A stretch of 64,000 bases of DNA from Azolla caroliniana (lineage: Eukaryota; Plantae; Polypodiophyta). A model generated the notes under the pieces. That model saw only the letters and a program-made list of their open reading frames with translations. It was not told the DNA's origin and searched no databases. The stretch is taken from NCBI GenBank assembly GCA_043228905.1, contig JBHGNT010000012.1, positions 20,646,001 to 20,710,000 of the forward strand. The letters are read 5' to 3'. This document shows positions 21,711 through 34,283 of the stretch, piece after piece (position 1 is the first letter of the stretch; the number at the start of each line of letters is the position of its first letter). Position numbers and translations under genes: made by a program.

Positions 21711-24700
21711 GAGTCCTATAAGAAAGGACGGTTGCGGCAGGTGCACATGATCGGACGACGGAAAGCAGAGAAGGAAGGTATGAGGCCGGCGAAGCGGCTA
21801 TGGACCATCTCGGATCTTCCAGCAAGGTAAGTGAGCATAAGGAAGACCAGTCCTACGGGATCCCCACACCGAACCAGAGACTCCGGCAGTTTGGCCAACG
21901 TGGCAACGTGAGACCGAGAGAGAAGGTTGGTGGCAGCGGGAAACAAGACCCGGCTACGCGGAAGACACGAGGAGAGTCGCAAAGGACTCCGGCAAAAGAC
22001 ACCCGAATTTTGGCAAGCAGAGAAACAGAGTCCGGTCCTATGGGACCCTCACACCGATCCGGAGACTCCGACGGCCAGCTAACGAGAGTCGGCGTGAGAC
22101 CTAGGGAGAAGGACGGTGGCGGCAGGGAACAGGACCCGGCGACACGAGATAGCGGATCGGGAGTCGGTAAGACGAGGGCGGACGAAGTGTGAAACCCTTA
22201 CCGGCCGGTTACGGTTTCAGAAGGAGCTAGTAGGGGCAAACACGGGGAGGTGTGTCGGGCCGGAAAAGCACACCTGGGACATGGAACAAGAGTCTCTCAA
22301 GTGGCCATCGCGGGCCGGATCGAAGCGTGACTACGGGATGGTGTTCGGCACGGGCGGTGCCGAACAAAGGAAGCGGAAGACGGCACAAGGGAGGTGTTGG
22401 GAACGAGAGGACGAGTGCATAGTGGACTGCACAGGGTCGGAGTCAAGGGATGACAAGGGAGTCCGGAGGAGGATCCTCCACACTCGCTTCGTAGATCTCG
22501 GCAGCTCAATCAGAGTAGCGAAGACTAACACGGCAAGCCTGGGATGACAAGCTGGTGGGGGCGAGGGGACGACAGCAAGCGGAAGACTCAGGACTTGTTG
22601 CAGCAGCGCGAAACGGGAAGGGTCAAGCGGGCTACTATGGGGTGTTCCTCGGATGCAGAGGACACCGGTATGCGGATGAGCGGCGATGCATGATCCGGCC
22701 GGGAAAGGGGCCGACAAGGCGTGCAAAGAATCAGAGTGCGGCACAGGCAGCGCCGAACAACGGACGAGGATATGTGGCACACGGAGGTGTCGGAGCGGAA
22801 AGGTGAGCGTGAAGAATGGGTTGCACGGTTCGGAGGTCGCGCGTAGAAGACCGGAGAAGGATCCTCCACACCGTTCCGAAGACCTTGGCGGTCGGAGCCG
22901 ACGTGGCGACGTAAGACCAAGGAGAAGGAAGGTGATGACGAAGGCAGCACGAAACAACATGGGACGACAATCAGGACAACACGAATGGTCAATGGAGGCC
23001 AAGCGGGCCACTACAGGCGTTCCTCAAGCGGAGGACATCGGGCATACGGCAAAGAGCGGAGCGTGCATACGGCCAAACAAGGGCCAGCGGAAGTACGCGT
23101 ACTACGGAGATCGCGGCGAAGGACCCATCGACGGGTTGAATGAGCCTACGGGGAGGTAAGCGCGAAGGAAGAACCGAGGCCAACAATTCAAACCAGCAAC
23201 GAGCCGGGATGCGGATTACATCTGACCGGTTTCTCACCGACCGAAATCTCTGACCCTTCACCGGATTTGGCACGTACCAGTGGACGTGCGGTTAGGTGGG
23301 GGCGGATGTCGTGAAGAATTTCGGCCAAAGGCGGAAACCGGGAAAATTTGGCTACATCGGCGGGGTGCACCATGTGCACTCACCCTCGTATAATTGTGTG
23401 AATAATAGGAGTTAAGTCGGGACGAAGAATCCCATGTGAATTGGGATTTATCCCACATTGTAACGCATCCCTCTCCTTGTTCTATAAAAGGAAGGGATGG
23501 TCCCTTGTAGAAGGGTTGCCCATTTTGAGTCGTAAGGGTATACCATTTTGTGCTTCGTTCCTAGGGTTAGTTACATTCTTTCCTTCTTTTCTTCACTCTG
23601 TTCCCTCTCCTTCTCGGGAACTCAAGCGGCAGCTATGGCAGGAGAGCTATTAGGTTAACTTTTCTTCTTATGTGCATAGCCGGCTTGCGGCCGGGGTTGT
23701 ATCTCTCCCTGTGGTAGGTTGCTTCTGCTCGGCCTCCTGTGCAAGTCCCCGCTCGGCGCGATGAGCTCGAGAGCTCCCCGACGGCGGCTTGGCGGTAGAC
23801 TGCCGTTGCGACCTAGCCCACCTCAGACCGGCTCGGAGTCAGGGTTGTAACTCACTCTTGTAATCATATATATATACAGGGTTGTGCATATTTGTGTCTC
23901 TATCGGTGTCGGGTGCTTTCCCTTCCCTGTGTTTCCTGTACATAAGAGGTGTGTGTTGTGTCGGTGTTGCGCGCGGGTTCTCTCCCTCTCTTCCTCTCTC
24001 GCGTTGTCATGCCTTTCGGCTCCGGATCGTTGCGTGAGTCGGGTGGGAACCACAGAGGTCTTGGACTAGGAGAAAGAAGTTCGTGAGATAGAGATTAATT
24101 ATGAGTAAATAGCAAAGAGAAAGATAAGAAACTCGTGAATCACACGAGTATACTATATTAATTGGTACTTAGGGTGTTAAGAGAGAAGTAGACGTATAAA
24201 TCGTGAATCCCACGAATAATTTTTGTATTGATTAATTCTCAATCCAAATAATCAACAACCCTTTACATATTTCTCTCCTCCTTATATAAGGAAGGAAGAG
24301 CTAAGCATGGCTTCATGCTTTTTTCTTTTTTACAAAAAGTGTTCATGTCCACTAAATGTGCATGTGATGCTTTTTTATTTCCTAAGTATAGGGCTCATGC
24401 ACGCTAGATGTGCATGAGTTATTTTTAGTGTCTCGTCTTTTTCATATATTAAAAAAATACACGATTTACCTTTTAATAAAGGTATGCATAAATAAAGGTC
24501 TTATACGTATTAAATCTATATTTAAAACACTTAAGATAAGTTAATGTAATGGTAAGGTTGGGGTTTGTCAACGTGGAGGTGCAGAGTTCAAATCACGCCT
24601 TGCACAGTAGTGAGTATTTCCTTTCTTTTTACATTTATGTCTCTTTATCCGGCTCTTCCTTGCCGGTATGCCGGTATGCCGTTTTTCCTCCTTGCCAGTA

Positions 24701-24781
24701 TGCCGTTTTCTTCCGGTTCTCACCGAGCACTCCATTCTCTATCCGGAGGGACAAAAATATAATTTCCACATAGTGTGCAAC

Positions 24782-27700
24782 CTACACTACGACACTCGCC
24801 CCCTCCAAACCCGCACATCCTCTGGTATGTGCCGAAGTTCTTGATTCTTCGTATCCGTCTTCATCCGAAGCTTCCTCCGATTCTCCCCTTATGTCGACTA
24901 TGAGTTGTAATCCACTTTCTTCGCTTCCCGCATCATTGTGGTCTTCGTCCGATTGCTCCTCGTTGTCGGCCTCGACTTGGATCACATAAGGTTTGTCGTC
25001 GGTCCGCTTCTTGAAAATCTTCACCCGTTTCCCGGCTATAGGCACTCGTAGTATTGTTCCATCCAACTCGGACAGTCGGTACGTCCCGTTGTCGAAGACC
25101 TTCCGAACCTCGTACGGCCCGAACCACCTTTTCGCGAATTTCCGCATCGTTGTATTTTGATGGTCCAAGCTACTATCATAGACGATCACCCAATCTCCTT
25201 CTTCAATCCTCCTCGGTCGTAGTCGGTGCTTTGTGTCGAACCGGCTTTTGTTCCGGAACCGTGCTTCTTGTTGTCGGCGTGACGCTTCCGCTACATCTTT
25301 CGGTCTTCCCTCCAGTTGTCGTATCCGGACCGCTAGTAGTTCTTCCCGGCTCATCTCTTCCTTCCACGGTAGTATTGTCCATGTCGCGATTGCGGTTTCC
25401 GTTGGCATTACCGGTGCTTGTCCGGTCATGAGTTCTGCCGGCATGTAACCGGTCATGGAGCTATGCGTCGTCCAATCCGCCCATAGTGCATACGGAAGCA
25501 TTTGTGGCCAATCCTTCACCCTTCCGTCGCATGCCTTCGCAAGTGCTTTCACGATCGGACTATGTCCTCGTTCGATCTTCCCGTTGGCCTCCGGATTGTA
25601 GGCCGTTGTCAACGTTAACCGAACTCCATGTTTGGCGAAGAATCCCCTAGCTTTGTCCGAGTCGAGTTCTCCCCGGTCCGCAATCACTTGTCCTACGCAG
25701 CCGTACCTACAAAACACTTCTTCCAAAAGAAATTGGCACACCGCGGCACACGTTTTCCTCCGAAGCGCTCGACCTTCAAGTTGGTTTGTGAGATCTTCTC
25801 GAGCTAACACCAAGTATTTCTTTTGTCCAATCCCGATCGGCATAGCTACAATGTCGACCATCCACTTGAAGTTGATTGTCGGTGAGAATGTCGGATGCAG
25901 CTCATCTCGGTGTCGGACCCCGGAGTAGACTTGACATTTCTCGCAGCTTTCTGTGAACTCCGCGACATCTTTATACATGTTCTTCCACCAATATCTTTGC
26001 TTGATTTTCACAAAAGTTGCCCATGTTCCTTGATGTCCAGCCCAATCGGATTCGTGGAACTCGGACATTATCCGGTTTCGTTGCTCTTTCGTCCCGACTA
26101 CTCGAAGTGGTATCCCATCCGGTCTTTTCGGCGTCCTCCATATTAAACCGTTTTCCAAGAAGAACTTTTGGACTTGCCTCTTCTTCCTTCGGATCTCGGC
26201 TCTCCTTTCTTTATCATTGGTTGAATCCTCGACCTCTTGTAGCATCTTCCCGATCATCAAGGTTTCCCCCTCGTATTCTTCTTCCCGGAATTCTCGGATC
26301 ACGTTCACTCGGCATATGTGTTCTGACGTGAAGTAGTCTTCGGAAACTTCTTCATTATCTGATTCGGTTATGTCATCTTCAAACCGCGCCCTCGATAACA
26401 TGTCCGCTACCGCGTTGTCCTTCCCCGAGATGTGTCGAACCTCCGGATTAAGTGACTTGACATATGCAATCCACCTTAGCATAGCCACATCCGGTATCGT
26501 ACAACACCGCATCATCCCGAGTATCAGAAGACAATCCGTCTCGATCACCACTTCAGCTCCGATCAAATAATCCCGATCCGATTTTATCGCCGACACGACT
26601 CGCCACAATTCTCTTTTGACTTGTGCATATCCGCGTTGCCTTTCGTTGAGGACCTTTGCTCCAAATCGGATCGGATACCGCGAACCATCCGAGTCGGCTT
26701 GATTGATGACCCACCCGATACCGGTTGGACTTGTATCAACCGTTACTATGATTGGCCGCTCGTAGCTTGGCTTCTTAAGTGATTCCGCCCTCCATAGTGT
26801 CTTCTTGAGCTTCCTCATGGCTTTAGTGTGTTCCGGTTTCCACTCGAATTTCTTACCTTTCCGCAACAAGTGATAGAGCGGGTCCGCTATATGTGCATAG
26901 TGCGGAATCCATATGTGATAGAATGCACACGCACCCAGAAACCTTCGGACTTCCGATGTTGACTCACATACTTCCTTCATAGCTTGAATCGCATCGATCT
27001 TTGTTGGTGACGGTCTTCGGCCGTAGGGTCCACATAGATGTCCGACCACCAATATTTCTTCTTGCCCGAATGCCGATTTCTCCCCGGAAAGTGTTAGGTG
27101 CACATCTTCTAGCTTTCGCAACACTTTCTCGCAATCATGAATATGGTCGACCACGAACTTTCGGCATCCCCGATCATCCATAGTCTCATCTTTTTCTTCC
27201 ACCGCGCATCCTTTCATCGGAATGTCATCTAGAAACGGCATCGTTATCTCCGGGATGCAATCTCGAAGCACCTTGTTCATCGCGTTCATCATATGTGCAA
27301 CTGAGTTTGTCGCTCCTTGTGGTAGTGTGCACATTCGAACTAGTCCTATCGGAGTCCGCATGGTAGTGATGTCTCGGCTCTCCACGGCTAGTTGGAATTG
27401 GTCATACCCCGAGTATAGGTCCCCGATGGAGTATATCGCACGTCCGGCAAAAGCTTCCGCGAATTCGTCCACTATCGGACCGACTCCCGAGTTCCGGATC
27501 GTGACCTTGTTCACCGGTTGCAAGTCTTGGATGAATCGGAGTGACCCATTCTTCTTCGGAACCGTAAACCATCGATTTGAGTACGGAGCACTTGATGGCT
27601 CTAGAATCCCCATCGCCACCTTCTCCTTGAGTAAGTCGATGACTTTCGGAATATGCGCCCGTGGCACCGGAATCGGCTTCAGGTTCCACGGTACATGATC

Positions 27701-28387
27701 AATCGTGAAAATCACCATCGGCTCCACTATCTTTGGATCAATGCATCCGATCTCCCTCGATGTGAACGCGAATGCTTTGCCATGTTGCTCCAACATCTCT
27801 CGAAACCGTTTTTCTTCTTCTTGTAAGAGGAACCCACCTCCACCGATCCGAAGTTTCTTCCGGGTCTCATCTGTGAAGGCATGTCCGATATCCACGGACT
27901 TTCGAAGTGTCGGATCTCCCGAGACTTCTTTCTTCTTTTGTTCGCTATCGGCGGGTAGTGGTCCCGCGGCCGGTTTCACCTTCTTTTCCACGGTCTTGTA
28001 TTTCGTACTTACCATTGCTTCTTCTTTGCGGAGCGCATCCGGCCCCATTTTCGCAACGATCTCGTACATCTCGACCGATTCCACCGGGACTACCCGGTTC
28101 CCTTGGCTTTTATCTTCCGCAAGCTCTTGAAGCCGTTGTAGTGTATTCCCATAGAACACTTCCTCGATCACTCCCACGATTTCTTCGTCTTCTTTTATTA
28201 TTGATGCCGACCGTAACTTATCCTTCACTTGTCGGTATTGTTTCTTCATTCCTCCGGTTACGGCCGTGTACGTAGATGCCCCATCCGGGCCGATTCGTAC
28301 TTGTTTTGCTCCGAGAGTTTTCTTCCTGTGTGGGGTATCAGGGCTTCTCGGACTATCACTTCCCCACTCCACAACAGTCCGCTTTAA
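24782..28387 (-). CDS. pol: RT-RNaseH-integrase of element C (-1 frame)
   Basis: 1196-aa open frame; PFLDD, TVDTS, HxxxxxxH...CEKC, DDE, WFGPY; reads through the PPT into the LTR. Confidence 0.93.
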   Translation of the reverse strand, partial: LKRTVVEWGSDSPRSPDTPHRKKTLGAKQVRIGPDGASTYTAVTGGMKKQYRQVKDKLRSASIIKEDEEIVGVIEEVFYGNTLQRLQELAEDKSQGNRVVPVESVEMYEIVAKMGPDALRKEEAMVSTKYKTVEKKVKPAAGPLPADSEQKKKEVSGDPTLRKSVDIGHAFTDETRKKLRIGGGGFLLQEEEKRFREMLEQHGKAFAFTSREIGCIDPKIVEPMVIFTIDHVPWNLKPIPVPRAHIPKVIDLLKEKVAMGILEPSSAPYSNRWFTVPKKNGSLRFIQDLQPVNKVTIRNSGVGPIVDEFAEAFAGRAIYSIGDLYSGYDQFQLAVESRDITTMRTPIGLVRMCTLPQGATNSVAHMMNAMNKVLRDCIPEITMPFLDDIPMKGCAVEEKDETMDDRGCRKFVVDHIHDCEKVLRKLEDVHLTLSGEKSAFGQEEILVVGHLCGPYGRRPSPTKIDAIQAMKEVCESTSEVRRFLGACAFYHIWIPHYAHIADPLYHLLRKGKKFEWKPEHTKAMRKLKKTLWRAESLKKPSYERPIIVTVDTSPTGIGWVINQADSDGSRYPIRFGAKVLNERQRGYAQVKRELWRVVSAIKSDRDYLIGAEVVIETDCLLILGMMRCCTIPDVAMLRWIAYVKSLNPEVRHISGKDNAVADMLSRARFEDDITESDNEEVSEDYFTSEHICRVNVIREFREEEYEGETLMIGKMLQEVEDSTNDKERRAEIRRKKRQVQKFFLENGLIWRTPKRPDGIPLRVVGTKEQRNRIMSEFHESDWAGHQGTWATFVKIKQRYWWKNMYKDVAEFTESCEKCQVYSGVRHRDELHPTFSPTINFKWMVDIVAMPIGIGQKKYLVLAREDLTNQLEGRALRRKTCAAVCQFLLEEVFCRYGCVGQVIADRGELDSDKARGFFAKHGVRLTLTTAYNPEANGKIERGHSPIVKALAKACDGRVKDWPQMLPYALWADWTTHSSMTGYMPAELMTGQAPVMPTETAIATWTILPWKEEMSREELLAVRIRQLEGRPKDVAEASRRQQEARFRNKSRFDTKHRLRPRRIEEGDWVIVYDSSLDHQNTTMRKFAKRWFGPYEVRKVFDNGTYRLSELDGTILRVPIAGKRVKIFKKRTDDKPYVIQVEADNEEQSDEDHNDAGSEESGLQLIVDIRGESEEASDEDGYEESRTSAHTRGCAGLEGASVVV

Positions 28388-30423
28388 AAATCCATTCTCA
28401 CTTGGGACAAGAGTTCCCTCTTGTTCCTTTCGTGATTTGCCGGCACCGTTAGGAATTGGACGGATTTCCCTCCGTTTTGGCTCCGAATTCGCGCAAAAGC
28501 CGCACCACTATCGAGCACCTTCGTCTCCATCCGTGAAGCCGTGATAAAGGGTTGGCCGAGGATGACAGAATGTGAAACCTCATCCTGCACAAAGAAATTT
28601 TGGTCAATTTCAACATCCCCGATCTTTACCGTCACATCCGGACAAGCCGCAAATAGGTCTTCTGTCGTTTTCGTGGCTGCCCGAATCTTCCATCCATGGT
28701 TGGTGTTTATAGGCCACTTCCCCTTTCGGTAGAACTCCTTGGACATCAAGTTGATCTCCGATCCGTGATCAATCAATGCTAGCACGGGTTCTTTGATGTT
28801 GCCGATTCGGACCGGAGTCTCCGTAGTCGCACGTGCCCAGTGTGGCCTTGTATAGTGGGAGTTCGGAATTTCGCCTTCCACTTCGGTGTCGTTCATTGAA
28901 ACGGTATTTGCATTCACCCTTGGAGCATTTTCCTCCGTACTTTGTCTCTTCCTTTTTACGAGATCCACGAGAAGATCGTGAAACTCCTTCTTCGCTATTC
29001 CGAGTAGTTCCCGCAGCGAAAAATCTACCCGGCTATCCAAGATTCTTTCCTCGAACACTCTTTTCAAGTCGGTTTGTTGTTCTATGTCCGAGGCGAGCTT
29101 GAATGCCGGAGTCGCCTTTTCTTTTCCCTTACCTCCGGAGTTCCAGCTTTCCGGTATCTTCGATGGTCCGGTCGCATCCTCCGTGCGCCGTCGTTTCTCG
29201 TCCACATACACCTCATGTAATTGACACAGGGCGTATATGCTATTCTTGTCGACAGGGCACTCCCATCCCGTAGCTTCCCGGACGCCTTCCGCGGTGTTTC
29301 GGATATCGTTGGAGTCGGTTTTCTCGGTGTTTCCTAGCACCTCCGGCCAGAAAGACGCCTTCGCTCCCGTTGACTCCCCGACACATATTCCCGCGGTTGT
29401 CGCATAGTTGCTTCTTGCCGCTAACTCCTCCTCGAGCACCTTCTTCATGCCGCCTTTCCGGAAGTTCGGTCGGAGTGGCTTCCGAGAGTCCATCGAATGA
29501 ATCCGGTTTCCCTCGTAGTAGATGAGATCCCGTCGTAGCGCCTCCTTATGGTCGTCGCAATCCCTCCGATCGTGTTCGGCGCTATCGCACCATATGCACC
29601 GTCGATCCGTATATTTGGAGCTTGTGGGGCGGTCATCCGACTTCTTCACCATCGCGATCTTTAGATTCTCCATCTCCTTCAGCAGCTGCTCCACCGTAGA
29701 CGCGTCGACTCCCTTCTCGGCCGTAATCTCCCGAGCCCTCGGTTGATGGTCTTCCAGTCCCGTTCTCGGTTTCGGAATCGGTTCCGAAACCCTCTTTTCT
29801 TCGTTGGCAAGCCATTGCCCCCTCTTCGTGTAACGCGCGACGATATCCCGCACGCTTTCCCATGTTTCGGTGAGGCCGCTTTCGGTGGTCGTGTCCTCAA
29901 GAAGCACTCCGAGATCTTTCCGGTCCCGGACGTCCACAGCTCGCAAAAACATGATGACTTTGTCCGGTGCAAGAATAGTTTGATCTCTCGCGGACAACCT
30001 CCCGAACCGACTTTCGAATGTCAAAAACACTTCGAGGACCTTCAGCCCCTTACCTGACGTTTCCACCCAATCCTCGAATCCCCTCCGCGTTGCCTTGGAG
30101 GAGTCCTCGATGGCAAACGTGGTCTTTAACGCCTCTTCGAATGCTTCCCACGTCGGATTTTGTTGTTGCAACCCGTGGATACTCCCTTGAAGCCCGTCGG
30201 TCGCCACCCGGTTAAAGGATGTCACTTGCAGTCCTTCCGAAGCCCGGCACCGGAGCATCTCCGCCTTGTAGTCCTGCAAATATCGCGACACATCCTTACC
30301 ATTAAATTGCCCGTTGCGTTGCACGAGCCGCTCTACTGATGCCGAAATCTCCGACATCGTGCGTTGTTCTTGAAGCATCCGTTCGAACATCGCCATCATA
30401 TTGTTAGCTTGTTGAGCCTCCAT
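28384..30423 (-). CDS. gag: gag-protease of element C
   Basis: Open ORF (likely start MEAQQ at 30423, after the PBS); CIWCDSAEHDRRDC knuckle; ALIDHGSEINLM protease; ends MDF*. Confidence 0.92.
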   Translation of the reverse strand: MEAQQANNMMAMFERMLQEQRTMSEISASVERLVQRNGQFNGKDVSRYLQDYKAEMLRCRASEGLQVTSFNRVATDGLQGSIHGLQQQNPTWEAFEEALKTTFAIEDSSKATRRGFEDWVETSGKGLKVLEVFLTFESRFGRLSARDQTILAPDKVIMFLRAVDVRDRKDLGVLLEDTTTESGLTETWESVRDIVARYTKRGQWLANEEKRVSEPIPKPRTGLEDHQPRAREITAEKGVDASTVEQLLKEMENLKIAMVKKSDDRPTSSKYTDRRCIWCDSAEHDRRDCDDHKEALRRDLIYYEGNRIHSMDSRKPLRPNFRKGGMKKVLEEELAARSNYATTAGICVGESTGAKASFWPEVLGNTEKTDSNDIRNTAEGVREATGWECPVDKNSIYALCQLHEVYVDEKRRRTEDATGPSKIPESWNSGGKGKEKATPAFKLASDIEQQTDLKRVFEERILDSRVDFSLRELLGIAKKEFHDLLVDLVKRKRQSTEENAPRVNANTVSMNDTEVEGEIPNSHYTRPHWARATTETPVRIGNIKEPVLALIDHGSEINLMSKEFYRKGKWPINTNHGWKIRAATKTTEDLFAACPDVTVKIGDVEIDQNFFVQDEVSHSVILGQPFITASRMETKVLDSGAAFARIRSQNGGKSVQFLTVPANHERNKRELLSQVRMDF

Positions 30424-31481
30424 CTCCTTGCCACCCGCTTTCACGTCGGGTTCACCAACTGTGTCGTGCCTTTCGGCTCCGGATCGTTGCGTGAGTCGGG
30501 TGGGAACCACAGAGGTCTTGGACTAGGAGAAAGAAGTTCGTGAGATAGAGATTAATTATGAGTAAATAGCAAAGAGAAAGATAAGAAACTCGTGAATCAC
30601 ACGAGTATACTATATTAATTGGTACTTAGGGTGTTAAGAGAGAAGTAGACGTATAAATCGTGAATCCCACGAATAATTTTTGTATTGATTAATTCTCAAT
30701 CCAAATAATCAACAACCCTTTACATATTTCTCTCCTCCTTATATAAGGAAGGAAGAGCTAAGCATGGCTTCATGCTTTTTTCTTTTTTACAAAAAGTGTT
30801 CATGTCCACTAAATGTGCATGTGATGCTTTTTTATTTCCTAAGTATAGGGCTCATGCACGCTAGATGTGCATGAGTTATTTTTAGTGTCTCGTCTTTTTC
30901 ATATATTAAAAAAATACACGATTTACCTTTTAATAAAGGTATGCATAAATAAAGGTCTTATACGTATTAAATCTATATTTAAAACACTTAAGATAAGTTA
31001 ATGTAATGGTAAGGTTGGGGTTTGTCAACGTGGAGGTGCAGAGTTCGAATCATGCCCTGCACAGTAGTGAGTATTTCCTTTCTTTTTACATTTATGTCTC
31101 TTTATCCGGCTCTTCCTTGCCGGTATGCCGTTTTCTTCCTTGCCGGTATGCCGTTTTCCTCCTTGCCGGTATGCCGGTATGCCGTTTTTCCTCCTTGCCG
31201 GTATGCCGTTTTCCTCCTTGCCGGTATGCCGTTTTCTTCCGGTTCTCACCGAGCACTCCATTCTCTATCCGGAGGGACAAAAATATAATTTCCACATAGT
31301 GTGCAACCTACACTACGACAGCGTTTGGTAGCCATCGGTACGCGTCCGGAATCGCTCCGGTTCGCGCAACAACCAGTGTAGTCGGGATCGGAGAGAAGTC
31401 GGCTTCCTACGCTCCGTCACTCCCTCGTCTGAGACCCCCGTGGTCCCGCCCTTCTACACGCACGCGCGAAACTTTGCGACA

Positions 31482-34240
31482 ACACTCAACTATGTTGTTT
31501 TGCTGAGGTGTGTGACGGCATGAGAATTCTTGTCAGATTCCTTCCTTTCGGAGATACACCGTAAACTCATCTGAAAAGTATTCTTTGCCTCCATCTGATC
31601 GAAGGCAGCGTACGTGCTGACCCGTAGTTTTTTCGACTTTGGCCTTGAACCTCTGGAAGTGTCCGAACACTTCGCTCTTCTGTCTCATCGGGTAGATCCA
31701 GGTGTGCCTGGAGAAGTCGTCGATGAACGTGACATAATATCGGCATCTGCCGAGTGTGCTTATCTGGGCCGGTCCCCATACATCTGAATGTACGACATCC
31801 TAGATCCCTTTGCTCACATTCCGCTCTTTCAGGAATGGATGTCAGCGTTGCTTTCCAAACTGGCATGCTTCGCATACGCCTATAATCTCCTTCGCGGTAA
31901 AGTTCAGGAGTCCGATTATGACTCCTTTCGATTGCATGTTCTAAAGCTTCTGGAGATTGATGTGACCAATTCTCTTGTGCCACAAGTTTAGGTTGGTTTC
32001 GATATTGAGGCCCTTTGCAAACATGGCCGATTTTACCTCGTGCGATTCGAGGACAAACATTCGGCCTTCACGACGGCCGTGAGCTACGACTTGATCTCCT
32101 CTTTCGATAAAGCACCCATCATTGTTGAATTGTACCTGCATTCCTTGTTCGACAATCTGGCCGACCGAGACCATGTTTTTTGTGATGGTAGAGACATGCA
32201 TTACGTTCTTGAGATAGGTGTGTTTGCCATTGTTTCCGAATGGGACATTCCCGATATGTTGTATTGGATGAGTCGTGTCATCGCCTATTTCAACATATCC
32301 GGGACGTTCGGGCTTCTGTAGTTCCCGAAACCAATCTTCATGAGACGTCATGTGATTGGATGCTCCCAAATCGACAAACCATATGTTATTTGAGGCAGAG
32401 ACGCTAATTGAGGCCTAGGCTGACATCGAGTGTGCTTCGTGCCTCATTACGAACATTCCGCCATAGTCGTCGTAGTCGGAATTCGTGGCGTAATTTGTAA
32501 ACATTCTGCTATGATCGTCGTAGTCAGAATTCGATGCGTAGTTCGTGAGTTGTCGGCTAGTTGAAGCCGAGTCTCATACCTTTTTCTGGCACTCCTCTTC
32601 ATAGTGACCGTGTTTTCCACAATACCCACATTCGATCAAGGTATTACGATTGGTTGGTCCAGCGTGATAACTCCCCCTTCTGCCGAACTCTCTGGGACCG
32701 TTCTGACAGGAACACACGCTCCCGATGAACAACACTCGGCCACAACCGAGCCTAGGATAAAACACAGAAAACGGGTAATGAACGCATGACACGGTGAAGA
32801 GAAGAGTACACAGGATGTTAACGTGGAAAACCCAAACTAGGGAAAAACCACAGCAGCCCACAGACTTCAAACTATCACTATATCAGAATGTACAATAGTA
32901 AAGCACCGAAGCAACGACCTCGAGCTTGCTATCTTCGCCATAGGCGACGGTTACAACAGAGGCAACGACCGCTTCCTCTCTCTCACTCTCTGTACACAGT
33001 TACGTGCTCTAATCTTGCACCAACAAGAATGACAACAACAGTACTAAGTTTGCCCTAAGTCATATTTATACCAATATGACTTTTCGGCTATTTACAAATA
33101 TAGCCCCGATGGACTCTCAGAAACATATTTACGAATATGTCCCTTCATCCGGTGAGCACTCCTCACCGGGCCTGCATCATCCGGCGCTTGCCAGGCACAC
33201 GTCATCCGGTTCTCGCCGGGTCTTCACCATCCGGCTCTTGCCGGGTACTCGTCATCCGGTTCTCACCGGGTCTTCCGTAGCCGGGTACTCGACATCCGGT
33301 TTCGGCCTCGGCCGAGTTTGCTCATCATCTCTGTTCTTTTCACTTCCCATCCGGAGGGACCTGTTTCCTAACACGTTCTTGTCCGCTTGCCATTGGTGGG
33401 AGTTATGCTCTTGAGTCTGCCGACCATTACGGCCTTGTTCGAATTGACCTCTATTTCCACGGCCGAAATTTCTTCTATCATCCGACTAGGAGTAGAGCAT
33501 ATGACCCTCTGGTGAATTGCTCCTTTGTCAAGCGTGATTTTCCTCAACCAACAATATTGATTGGAGATCGAAAAATGGAGGGTTCTCCCTTACAAGGATG
33601 GTTGATCTAATCGAGCCAAATCAGGATTCTAAGCCACCGAGGCATATTTGCATCATCTCATCATCGTCGATTACGACATTAATAGAACCGAGGGCATCGC
33701 ACAGCTCCTTGATCTTTAATGTATAGCCTATGATCAACATGTCCCTCTATTGCATGTTGTTTAGCTCCTTTCGAAGTTGGAGCTTTTGTGCAGCGCTGCA
33801 AAAAACTTCTTGAGATTTCCCCAAGCTTCTTTTGGTGTTTTCGAATCTCGAATATAGCAAAGTTTATGATCTTGAACGCATGATGCAAGGCAATACAACA
33901 CACGGCTTGTGGCCTGCTCCCAAGCGGGATAGTCGGCGTGTGTTGGGTTGGGTTGAGTTTTGTGAGCTCCTTCAATGTAGCTCCAGTAACCTTGTCCGAC
34001 AAGGTATTGATGCATCTTGTATTCCCAAGATGCAAAGTTCGTTCTGTCAAGCTTCTCAGTAGGAAGAGCGCTTCCCATTTGAGTGTTCATTATGTCGATT
34101 TCTTCTCTGTTGCTGAGCCAGTTCTATTGATCGTCGGCGTGTACCACAACACAGTTGAATAGATTCAATAAGTAACCACATGCTCTGATACCATGTAAAT
34201 AAAATGAGGAGCAAGAGTGGCTAAGATGCAGTGGAAGGAC

Positions 34241-34283
<43 letters not shown>

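Larger units (their letters stand above)
24005..31320 (-). mobile_element. Apparently intact, young Trp-primed Gypsy element C
   Basis: LTRs 30462-31320 (5') and 24005-24794 (3'), near-identical apart from a repeat-number difference; PBS 30440-30457; PPT 24795-24811; 4-bp TSD GCGT; both ORFs uninterrupted. Confidence 0.96.
21711..31481 (+). mobile_element. 5'-truncated non-autonomous Gypsy-derived element D (related to A); its 3' LTR (23307-24004 + 31321-31481) is split by element C
   Basis: GA/CG-rich internal region resembles A; hairpin plus PPT precede TGTCGTGAAG at 23307; the LTR resumes at 31321 and ends CTTTGCGACA. Confidence 0.75.
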
